Source: Saccharolobus solfataricus (GTDB lineage Archaea; Thermoproteota; Thermoprotei_A; Sulfolobales; Sulfolobaceae). From it: a DNA stretch of 32,000 nt. This document shows, piece by piece, positions 10,133 to 18,170 of the stretch. How positions within the stretch are numbered: the stretch's first letter is position 1; every line of letters begins with the position of its first letter. A model generated the notes under the pieces. It ran no database searches, was not told the origin of the DNA, and worked only from the letters and a program-made list of their open reading frames with translations. The stretch covers positions 2,400,001-2,432,000 of the forward strand of contig NZ_LT549890.1 of assembly GCF_900079115.1 (NCBI RefSeq), in the 5' to 3' direction. The position numbers and the translations under genes are program-made.

Positions 10133-11358
10133 AGAGTGTCCGGAATGTAAAAAATTGAATTTTTATTGGCAAGAATAAATTGGTTTTTAGCATTATCTTG
10201 GATTAAATTGGAGTAACACTTAAGTTATGGGAGTAGAGGGTAGTACCATGGCAAGAACATTAAGACACATACCAAACCTGATGTACTACCCTCTTCCCCC
10301 AATAGAGGATATGCCGTGGAGGGAAAAATGGTTAACGGAGATCAAGCCCGTGCTGGACGCCATGGATTTGGAGAGGGTTCTGGGCGAGGGCGCGCTGGTT
10401 TACTTGAAGTTGTTAATCGTCATGGTGCTCTACTCTTGCTCCTATAGGGACGCGGTGAAAATGGTTAACGTGAACGTGGTCGTGGCCTGGTTCGTGGGGA
10501 GGAAGGTGGGGAAGAGCACGCTGCACGACTTCGTGGGCAGGTTGTACGGGGTGAGGAAGAAGTTGTTGGAGATTTCCTTCAAGCTTGAGGAGAAGTGCCT
10601 ACCCAGTTACCTCCCTGCGAGCGCGCATCTCGTGGACTTCATGGCGTGGCTAGTGGACTCCTTCCTACTGGACTTACCTCCTGGGAAGAGGAGTGTGGAG
10701 ACCTTTCGGGAGAAGGCGGAGCTGGAGAGGAGGGAAGGTAACCTGGAGAGGGCCAGGAAGCTGCTCTCCCTGGGGAGAACCAAGAGGAGGTTCGAGGGAA
10801 GGTGGACCAAGAAGAGAGGGGTCTCGCACTACGGGCTCAAGGCCATAGCCGTGATCTCCGTCTCCCTCTTCGTGAGGTCCATCACGGTGAAGCCGGCCAA
10901 CTTCTCGGACAAGAGGTTCAAGTCACCGCTCAAGGGGATTAAGATCGCGGACAGGGGATTCTCTCCCTCCCCGACACAGCTCATAGCGCGGGAGAAGCCC
11001 TTCACTACCCTGAGGGCCCACGTGGAGTTCTTCGGCACCTACCTGAACGCGTTCTGGAGGCCCTACGGGACCACGACCTGGAGGAACGACGTCTTCCTTC
11101 ACGTCCTGGGAGTGATCTACAACATCAAGATGTTCCTCGCGATCCAACGGAGGACTCCTCCAGGACGTAGAGCCGTTCAGCTCTGAGACGCGCCTCCTCG
11201 CGATCAAGCAACGCTATGCGCGATAGGTAAATCCTCTCGTCTTGATATTTTTCCATTATAAAGTTTTTCTCGGTGATCCAGGTCCTACCCTTCTGGCAAT
11301 ATTAATATTTATCATTCTGTTTATCTATTCGTTCAGATAATTACATTCCGGACACTCT
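10133..11358 (+). mobile_element. ISC1234-like insertion sequence, copy 2, nested in the ISC1359-like transposase gene
   Basis: It has the same 1226-bp core and the same 16-bp perfect IR as copy 1. It is flanked by gacgtg (10127-10132) / cacgtg (11359-11364), which match at 5/6. By eye there are roughly two dozen substitutions and no indels relative to copy 1. Confidence 0.85.
10227..11186 (+). CDS. ISC1234 transposase (IS5 family), copy 2
   Basis: 319-aa ORF differing from 2700-3659 at 4 residues (V/I, L/V, I/M, E/G). Confidence 0.8.
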   Translation: MGVEGSTMARTLRHIPNLMYYPLPPIEDMPWREKWLTEIKPVLDAMDLERVLGEGALVYLKLLIVMVLYSCSYRDAVKMVNVNVVVAWFVGRKVGKSTLHDFVGRLYGVRKKLLEISFKLEEKCLPSYLPASAHLVDFMAWLVDSFLLDLPPGKRSVETFREKAELERREGNLERARKLLSLGRTKRRFEGRWTKKRGVSHYGLKAIAVISVSLFVRSITVKPANFSDKRFKSPLKGIKIADRGFSPSPTQLIAREKPFTTLRAHVEFFGTYLNAFWRPYGTTTWRNDVFLHVLGVIYNIKMFLAIQRRTPPGRRAVQL

Positions 11359-11364
11359 CACGTG

Positions 11365-11595
11365 AGGAAGGAACTGGTCCTCGTCCTGCTCTCCTATCTT
11401 CTCTTGAACGTCTGGTTCTTGATCCGTTCTTGGAGGAAGGTCAAGTTGTGGGAGTTCTCGGTCTCCCTCTCGAACCTCCTCGATCGGGAGGTAAGAGTGG
11501 AACAGGGACGCGCGTTCCGTGAAGTGAAGACGTCATTCCCTAAACTCCAGCTAACCCTATGCACCTCCTTCCAGCTACGTGAAATTAATTCTTAA
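11365..11595 (+). pseudogene. ISC1359-like transposase, C-terminal 76 codons
   Basis: Reads RKELVLVLLSYLLLNVWFLIRS.... Splicing 8961 + 10121-10132 + 11365 gives FRIR-TCDV-RKELV in one frame, a 365-aa reconstructed ORF. Confidence 0.7.
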
Positions 11596-11734
11596 TATTT
11601 AACTTCTATGGTGTAAAACTGATTTATTAACGATTATTTTCACAAAATATATATCATGCTATTTGAATAATACCGATCAAATTCAATTTAAGTAATATCC
11701 TCATTTATCTCAGAAGAAGGAGATCTCCATACTG

Positions 11735-12185
11735 ACGTAAAGAACTTGAGGAAAGATATTTGCATGAAGCTCGGTAAGTATTTTGCAGAGCACTACGATA
11801 TCGTGGTAATGGAGGATATTAGCGTTAAGAAGCTGGTTGGTAAGTCTCTCAAGGCGAGGAGGAGGCTTCACGATGTTGGTTTTTACGAGTTTAGGACGAT
11901 ACTGTAGTATCAATTAACAAAAACGGTAAGAAGCTCACTCTCGTCGATCCAGCATACACGTCGATGACTTGTGCTAGATGCGGATACGTTAGGGAAGATT
12001 TAACTCTCTCCGACCGCGTGTTTGTTTGTCCTAAATGCGGTTGGATAGTAGACCGTGACTATAATGCTTCTCTCAACATCTTACGTAGATCGGGGTCGGA
12101 ACGACCCTTAGTGTGGAGCTCTGCCTTCTACCGCTGGCAAGGTGAGGGTGTGAAGCAAGAAGCCCTGTCCGTTAGGGCAAGGTAG
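11735..12185 (+). pseudogene. tnpB: tnpB 3' fragment (RuvC-II/III and zinc finger) with one nonsense mutation and one frameshift
   Basis: Reads [38 protein letters not shown]...[16 protein letters not shown], followed by a TAG. After a 1-nt shift it reads [58 protein letters not shown], which has a CxxC...CxxC zinc finger and the RuvC-III DRD. Confidence 0.75.
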
Positions 12186-12186
12186 T

Positions 12187-12468
12187 TCACTTAAGCTCAA
12201 TAACGTTTCCTTCTGTGTCCTCAAAGTACAGTATTCCATCTTCTCCAATTACTACATATCCAACCCTTCCTCTACATTTATATGGAAATGCGAGTAGCCC
12301 CTTTGTCTTTAATCCGGAAACTGCGTACACTGGCAATAAAGAGTCATCTAAGTTTAAGGCTAGGCAGTCTGGTATTAACTTAAATAGGTCGTTAAGTAGG
12401 CTATTAAGCAATTTTTCATATTCGTCTCCTAAACCTTTCAGCTTTCTCGCCTTTTCAAATATGTCCAT
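12187..12468 (-). CDS. Hypothetical protein (93 aa)
   Basis: ORF with host-like composition, abutting the IS right end. No recognisable motif. Confidence 0.45.
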   Translation of the reverse strand: MDIFEKARKLKGLGDEYEKLLNSLLNDLFKLIPDCLALNLDDSLLPVYAVSGLKTKGLLAFPYKCRGRVGYVVIGEDGILYFEDTEGNVIELK

Positions 12469-12583
12469 GTTTAATATTCTCCTTTCGTAAGCTAAAAATT
12501 TCCCCTTTTATTTAGAATGAATATTATTTTGGAATTACTATAAGTTAACCTTAAATTCTACCCTATATAGAATATTATAAAGA

Positions 12584-13651
12584 GTGAGAAAGTTGGAGAA
12601 TATTATACTTAAGAATTACGAAGAAGAACTATTTGACCATGAAGTTTACAGTAAGTTAGCAGAAGTAGAGAGAGATCCAGAGTTGAAGAAGACACTCTTT
12701 AAGTTAGCAGAAATGGAGAAAAAACATTCGGAATTTTGGAGAGAGATTGCAGAGAAGAGAGGACTTAAAGTTAAAGGAAAATTATCCACATTAAATAAAA
12801 TCAAGGTGGACTTTTACAGTTTGTTACGAAAAATTTTGGGTTTAGATATTACTATTAAAGTCCTAGAGAGTAGTGAGGAAGATGATATAGAGAAGTATAG
12901 AAAATTGTCAGAAATGGAAATGTTCTCGTCTGAGGAGAAACAAAGGTTAAAGGATATCATGGTAGACGAGGCAGTACACGAAAAAGTTTTAGGGAATGTT
13001 GAAGCCAAGAGCGTAGGTGATTTTGTATATGGTATAAGTGACGGTCTAGTAGAGGTTCTGGCTGCAGTGTCGGGATTATCTGGGGCTATATCTTCACCGC
13101 TGTTTGTTGCCGTAGGAGGATTGATAGTAGGAGTATCTGGAACGCTTTCAATGGCAATAGGTGCGTACCTATCTACTAAGTCAGAAAAAGATGTAAAGAT
13201 CCAAGAAAGAAAAAGATTAGAGTTAGAGAAGAATGTTGATCAGCACTCAGTTCAATTAAGGCTAGTTAATTTCTTCACAGAACTTGGAGTAAATCTAAAT
13301 CTAGCTAAGAAGGTTTCGTTAAGTTTAGTAAACGTTGCTGAAGATATTCTATACCCGGAAGTTAAAGAAAATCCAGTTAAGAGCGCCTTGATTACCGGTT
13401 TGTCATATATTACTGGAGCCATAATACCCATATTGCCATATTTAATTGGTCTATCTGGGCTTACTGGTCTGATTACATCATATATAGTTGCAGGATTATC
13501 TACGTTTATAGTGGGTTCTATTATAGGAATATTAAGTGGAATAAGTCCATTTAAGAAAGGTATCCAAATGGCTTCTTTAGCACTGCTAGCAGCTTTAGGT
13601 ACTCATGGTTTAGGATATTTAGCGTCAAGGTTTCTAAATGTTAGCATCTGA
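12584..13651 (+). CDS. VIT1/CCC1-family iron/manganese transporter with an N-terminal ferritin-like domain
   Basis: The N-terminal helical region has EVYSKLAE...MEKKHSEFW (rubrerythrin/ferritin-like). It is followed by GISDGLVEVLAAVSG and several C-terminal TM helices typical of VIT1. GTG start. Confidence 0.75.
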   Translation: MRKLENIILKNYEEELFDHEVYSKLAEVERDPELKKTLFKLAEMEKKHSEFWREIAEKRGLKVKGKLSTLNKIKVDFYSLLRKILGLDITIKVLESSEEDDIEKYRKLSEMEMFSSEEKQRLKDIMVDEAVHEKVLGNVEAKSVGDFVYGISDGLVEVLAAVSGLSGAISSPLFVAVGGLIVGVSGTLSMAIGAYLSTKSEKDVKIQERKRLELEKNVDQHSVQLRLVNFFTELGVNLNLAKKVSLSLVNVAEDILYPEVKENPVKSALITGLSYITGAIIPILPYLIGLSGLTGLITSYIVAGLSTFIVGSIIGILSGISPFKKGIQMASLALLAALGTHGLGYLASRFLNVSI

Positions 13652-13690
13652 TATGAAAGCCTTTAAATTTTATTATTTCTATTATTAGAC

Positions 13691-14683
13691 GTGCCTAGCT
13701 TATTTGGAAAAAAAGTTAAGGTAATACACCACATAGATCAATTACATTCAACAATGAAATTAGCAATAAAGACTATATTAGATTCTTATTTGCCAGATGT
13801 TGTAAGAGGTTATGGTTTTAAGTACGCGGATCCAATATGGGGAGAACCCATTTTTATACCCTATGGATATCTAGATGGGGAATTTAAGGATACTATTGAT
13901 GCATTTAAAAAAATCATGGAGGAGATTAATGAAAGAAAAGAAGATGGTTTAGCGAAATTTAAGGAATGGTATCCAGATGCAAAGTTCTTTGATATTTACA
14001 GATTTATTCAATATTCGATCCCTGGGACTGAGGAAGGTTACACTCCCGGTATTGCAGTAGACCCCTTAATGCCATATAATTATTTCAAGGATGGCTTAAA
14101 TGAGGTCAAGGATGAGGTTAAAGGAGAAGTTGTTGTTGCATCTCCATCACTTTCATCCTTTACCGAGTTTAAGTTTTACGACCCAATAATAGGGAGAAGA
14201 AATGAAATAGTTGATGCATATATTTGGATTAATAAGTTATTCCATGAACAATATGATAAGGATAAGATGTATGATGAGAAATTAGGAAGACATTATATGA
14301 ATACTATACTTGACTTTTTAGAAGGATATAGTAAAAAAGGAAGAGTTAATGAGATAGAGGGGGGCGATGTTTTATTGATTCCAATGTTTATATGGGGTAA
14401 GGACAAGCTTTTCAATGATAATAGTAACATAGTTTCAGCGTGGCAGAATTCTAAGTTGTTAACTAGTTCAATGTTCCACGAGATTGAAGCATTACCAGTT
14501 ATACTTAATAAACAATATTTCGACTCCATAGTGAATAGATGTTCCCAGACTTTTACTAAAATCATTCTATTAAGTAATAAGAAACTCCCTCAAATTGATA
14601 AATGTAATGAATGTCCATCCTCCTTAAGACTACTAAAACTACAAAAAGAGGGTAATTTCTCAAAAGTATTTATAACGAAATGA
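13691..14683 (+). CDS. Hypothetical protein (330 aa)
   Basis: Long uninterrupted ORF with a GTG start and host-like codon usage. No domain recognised. Confidence 0.5.
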   Translation: MPSLFGKKVKVIHHIDQLHSTMKLAIKTILDSYLPDVVRGYGFKYADPIWGEPIFIPYGYLDGEFKDTIDAFKKIMEEINERKEDGLAKFKEWYPDAKFFDIYRFIQYSIPGTEEGYTPGIAVDPLMPYNYFKDGLNEVKDEVKGEVVVASPSLSSFTEFKFYDPIIGRRNEIVDAYIWINKLFHEQYDKDKMYDEKLGRHYMNTILDFLEGYSKKGRVNEIEGGDVLLIPMFIWGKDKLFNDNSNIVSAWQNSKLLTSSMFHEIEALPVILNKQYFDSIVNRCSQTFTKIILLSNKKLPQIDKCNECPSSLRLLKLQKEGNFSKVFITK

Positions 14684-14687
14684 TTTT

Positions 14688-15512
14688 TTAGGCTAAAGCC
14701 TCGTTTATAGCGTTTGTTATTTGGCTTGAAGCATTAAGAATTTCATTGTAAGCTTGTAAGTACTGTCCAGAAGGCGTAGCTTTGTTTAGTATTATATTGT
14801 ATAGTAATGTGGAATTTAACGTTGCTAATGTGGATGGACTGATTGAATTCGGATATCCCAAATCGACCCAAGTACCACCAGGTCCAGTTATTATTAATAC
14901 TGTAATTATGTGGGGGTAATTACCAAAATATGCTGGGGCTACATTATTTAGTTGGGTGTATGTCTGATTTACTTCGTAATATACCACCAGATTATATGCC
15001 CAACTGGGTAATTCGCTTTTTAACTCTTTTAATCCAAAAGTTACATCATCAGTATTTATTAGCGTACCATTAGTTGTTTCATTTAAATATTGCCCATAAA
15101 TGTAAATTGGGTGGAAATATACTCGAGAGTTTGGAAATGGCGTGTAGTTTAGGAATAGTAACCCTGGGATTTCCCCTCCAAAGTTACTCTCGTACACTGA
15201 AGAGTGTGGAACTACGCTTAGATTTCCATATTTAGAAAGTGCTAAATATAGGGGCCAAGATGTTGTAGCACCGTTTGGACAACCATACCAGCTTACGAAG
15301 TAGATTTCTACTGAATTGTTAGATGCGTAATTGGTATTACTGATTTTATATAAATTAAAGAGAGGAGTGTTTGCATTGGCTGTAATTAGTGAAGAGGAAT
15401 GGCTAAAGTATGGAAACGCTACTAAGAATACAATTACCACAGCTAACACAACAAAAGGTATGTAAATCAACTTATTCTCATTTTGTTGTGATTTTTTCCT
15501 TTTAGCCATCAT
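14688..15512 (-). CDS. Membrane-anchored, probably secreted/glycosylated protein (DUF929-like, tentative)
   Basis: N-terminal basic stretch plus one TM helix (LIYIPFVVLAVVIVFLVAF). Many N-x-S/T sequons. The WYGCPNGA motif is recalled from crenarchaeal DUF929 proteins. Confidence 0.5.
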   Translation of the reverse strand: MMAKRKKSQQNENKLIYIPFVVLAVVIVFLVAFPYFSHSSSLITANANTPLFNLYKISNTNYASNNSVEIYFVSWYGCPNGATTSWPLYLALSKYGNLSVVPHSSVYESNFGGEIPGLLFLNYTPFPNSRVYFHPIYIYGQYLNETTNGTLINTDDVTFGLKELKSELPSWAYNLVVYYEVNQTYTQLNNVAPAYFGNYPHIITVLIITGPGGTWVDLGYPNSISPSTLATLNSTLLYNIILNKATPSGQYLQAYNEILNASSQITNAINEALA

Positions 15513-15527
15513 ATATACAACTGAGCA

Positions 15528-16250
15528 TTAAGTTAAATTTGTTTTGCATAGTGGAATATCTCCGACATAGACTATCTTATTTCCGATTAAGCTAAAAGTC
15601 TTTATGTAGACTTTTAATCCTTCCTTTATTGAATCCCAAAACTCAACAGAAAATTTGGGATCGGTTTTCTCATTAGGTAAGAAGCATTTAGCGTCGTTCC
15701 TCATTACTAGAATCAATAGTATTGCGTTAAATCCCTTTCTCATTAATTCTCTCAACTCTTTTAGGTGCTTTCTGCCTCTTTCGGTTGGAGCGTCTGGGAA
15801 ATAAGCTATCTCGTTTTCCACCAATGTACAGCCTTTTACTTCCAAGTATGTATTATCATACTTGAAGTCAATTCTACTATTTCCTACCTTAACCTCCTTT
15901 TCGTAGATTTTTGGTATAAATTTAGAGGCTATAATGTTATGTAATCTACTATCTAATACTATAAATCTTGAGTTAGCGTAAGCTGCAGTTATTGAAAATT
16001 TTGTCTTATTACCTTTTGTTTCCCTTATTAGAACTAAGTTTCCAGGGTAAATTAATTCTTTTAATCTGCCAGGATCGTGTAAATGTACAAGGATTTCTTC
16101 CCCGTCAAGGGTTACTTTAACTAAGAATCTATTTATTCGTTCTATAACATATGCCTCAAATAATTTTTCAGTAAACTCGTATACGCTAAACCCCTCTTTA
16201 ATATAAAAGGGCGAGACTCTAGTTAGATCTTGGGAGTTGCTTTCATTCAT
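15528..16250 (-). CDS. sfsA: SfsA (sugar fermentation stimulation protein A homolog, nuclease-fold DNA-binding protein)
   Basis: RINRFLVKV...[12 protein letters not shown]...SRIDFKY...LEVKGCTLV...[16 protein letters not shown] matches conserved SfsA blocks. Confidence 0.8.
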   Translation of the reverse strand: MNESNSQDLTRVSPFYIKEGFSVYEFTEKLFEAYVIERINRFLVKVTLDGEEILVHLHDPGRLKELIYPGNLVLIRETKGNKTKFSITAAYANSRFIVLDSRLHNIIASKFIPKIYEKEVKVGNSRIDFKYDNTYLEVKGCTLVENEIAYFPDAPTERGRKHLKELRELMRKGFNAILLILVMRNDAKCFLPNEKTDPKFSVEFWDSIKEGLKVYIKTFSLIGNKIVYVGDIPLCKTNLT

Positions 16251-16543
16251 AAAATCTAATCAACAACAGTATATTGTATTTTAATAATATATAGGTTATA
16301 CTGCTAATGGGGTTAATAGGGATGAACGGGGCAAAGATTCGCGACTTCGGTAAAGTCTAAGGGCTGAGTGTTGAGCACAAATTTATGAAATCCTATGAAG
16401 CCCAAACCTCTAAATTGGCAAGAAGGAAAAGCTTACATGTTGAAAGGTAGAGAATTATCACTAAAATATTACTAATAAAGAATACGCTTCTCATTTTTCC
16501 CTTAACGTATTTAAGTTTTTTAACCATTATATCTGTTAATCAA

Positions 16544-16598
16544 CTGATGATGAATTTGCCGAGTGTTGATAATGTGAAATAAACTTAGTTTCTGACTA
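16544..16598 (+). ncRNA. Candidate C/D box sRNA (2'-O-methylation guide)
   Basis: C box AUGAUGA lies at 16547-16553. An exactly 12-nt spacer, auuugccgagug, follows, then D'-like UUGA (16566-16569). A degenerate C' (aaUGUGA, 16571-16577) comes next, and D box CUGA lies at 16592-16595. The D' spacer is complementary to ACUCGGCAAAU, which I recall as part of the conserved archaeal 23S rRNA sequence GGAACUCGGCAAAU. The locus is intergenic and abuts the stop codon of the convergent gene. Confidence 0.45.
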
Positions 16599-17195
16599 AG
16601 AAGGATTAACACATATTCTGGTGTTATACTCTTCTTGTATTTCATTACACTCCATTCTATCTGAACTTACGAGCAATTTTTCTAATTTCTTTAATTGTGA
16701 ATCCACAAATGTTACCTTATATCCTGTAACTATGTACCAAATATTATTCTTATTTTGGATAACCACTAGTCTAGGAGAGAGTTCTAGTAACATTTTTTTG
16801 ACATGTTCAGTATTGCTACCAGTTCCGCTGACTCTGAATTCCTTAACCACAACATCTCCTTGACTTCCCTCTATCTCATATCCATCTACGTAAATAGTTA
16901 ATAGAGCCCCTAATCTCAGTATTGTTGAGAATTCTTTAGGTTCTAGTTCCATTTTATATTTTGAAATATATCTCAACCACCTTTCCCTTTTCCTTCCCCT
17001 AGTTTTCATTTTTATTAAGCCTTGTAAGCTCATAGAACTTAGTATATCATTTACTGTAAAAGTGATGAAGTCTGGATCCCTAAAGATTTCCATACCTTTG
17101 CATTTCATATCAGTGATGATTCCATTGCATAAGTAGGAGTATTCTTGCAATGGTGGGATAAACAAATCTTCAATACTAGTAATTTTAAGTCTCAC
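16596..17195 (-). CDS. Hypothetical protein (199 aa), downstream of the wHTH gene
   Basis: Uninterrupted ORF 41 bp downstream of 17237-17626 on the same strand. No confident domain. Confidence 0.5.
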   Translation of the reverse strand: MRLKITSIEDLFIPPLQEYSYLCNGIITDMKCKGMEIFRDPDFITFTVNDILSSMSLQGLIKMKTRGRKRERWLRYISKYKMELEPKEFSTILRLGALLTIYVDGYEIEGSQGDVVVKEFRVSGTGSNTEHVKKMLLELSPRLVVIQNKNNIWYIVTGYKVTFVDSQLKKLEKLLVSSDRMECNEIQEEYNTRICVNPS

Positions 17196-17236
17196 ATAAC
17201 TCCTCTATACACACTATCGGATTTAAGTATTTAATA

Positions 17237-17626
17237 TCAAAACATATCAGATAGCATTAGATCTTCTAATAACATCATATTTATAAGCGACATTGTAATA
17301 AGTAAGGGAATAATATCAACGTATTCTTCAGGTAACTTGGAAGGATCTAGTCTACCGCTCTGAAGTAATTCTTGTAATTTTATTGATTTTTCTTTTAAAG
17401 TTTCGTAAATCCTCTTCGCCTCCTCTAAACCAGCAGCGGTGAGATCATAAATAGTCTTTTTGAATATAATTCCTTTACTTCTCTTTATTACTAGACCGTC
17501 TCGTTCCAAGTATCTTAATGTCGCCTCAACTTCATATTTATCTTCCTTTAGTCCCTCTGATATCTTTTCCAGTGTGGAGTCTCTATTCTGATATAAATAA
17601 GCAAGGATCTTTTCTCTAAGGTTCAT
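17237..17626 (-). CDS. Winged-helix (MarR/PadR-like) transcriptional regulator with a hydrophobic C-terminal tail
   Basis: The N-terminal region, ILAYLYQNRDSTLEKISEGLKEDKYEVEATLRYLERDGLVIKR, is a typical wHTH. It is followed by a coiled-coil-like segment and a hydrophobic C-terminus (IIPLLITMSLINMMLL). Confidence 0.6.
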   Translation of the reverse strand: MNLREKILAYLYQNRDSTLEKISEGLKEDKYEVEATLRYLERDGLVIKRSKGIIFKKTIYDLTAAGLEEAKRIYETLKEKSIKLQELLQSGRLDPSKLPEEYVDIIPLLITMSLINMMLLEDLMLSDMF

Positions 17627-17807
17627 ATAGATATTTTTATCTTTCCCTAGGATTTAAGTATTTTGGCCAGTCTAATTTGTCTTATTATATAGTCTTTATT
17701 ATTTATTTATCTAAAAAAAGCGACATATAAAACTGATAGGTAAATTATGTAAAAAGGATTCCCGAACTAGTTAGGGATTATTTTAATTAATGATGTGGGT
17801 AATTTAA

Positions 17808-18137
<330 letters not shown>

Positions 18138-18148
18138 ATTTTTTATTA
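18138..18148 (+). terminator. Oligo-T tract after the ferredoxin gene
   Basis: attttttatt lies directly after the TAA. Archaeal termination commonly uses T-runs. Confidence 0.3.
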
Positions 18149-18170
18149 ACATTTCCACTTCCTTTCTAGA

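Larger units (their letters stand above)
7992..11734 (+). mobile_element. ISC1359-like element (IS4 family), itself carrying two nested IS insertions; about 1352 bp once these are removed
   Basis: The left end is cagtatgggaatctcttttttct (7992-8014). The reverse complement of the right end (11712-11734) is cagtatggagatctccttcttct, giving 19/23 matches. The arithmetic is 3743 bp minus 1159 (ISC1217-like + repeat) minus 1232 (ISC1234 + repeat) = 1352 bp. Confidence 0.7.
7605..12190 (+). mobile_element. Nested IS cluster: a TnpB-only IS200/IS605-family remnant containing an ISC1359-like element, which in turn contains an ISC1217-like element and ISC1234 copy 2
   Basis: See the component features. 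The outer element has a G-rich left end with a hairpin (7632-7649) and a right end with a small hairpin (12162-12178). Confidence 0.75.

Noticed and set aside
2606-11358. The two ISC1234 copies forming a composite transposon carrying the intervening 6.3 kb
   Set aside because: Each copy has its own flanking direct repeat and interrupts a different gene (the MFS gene and the ISC1359 transposase gene). These are therefore two independent insertions, not one composite event.
12215-12490. 91-aa + strand ORF
   Set aside because: It fully overlaps the opposite-strand 93-aa ORF and has a low-complexity Ser/Pro-rich translation. Neither ORF has strong support, but the - strand ORF has the more protein-like sequence.
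16323-16372. A second C/D-box-like pattern (gGAUGAa ... CUGA)
   Set aside because: There is only one C-like and one D-like box about 47 nt apart. No internal D'/C' is recognisable, there are no 12-nt spacers, and I can identify no rRNA complementarity.
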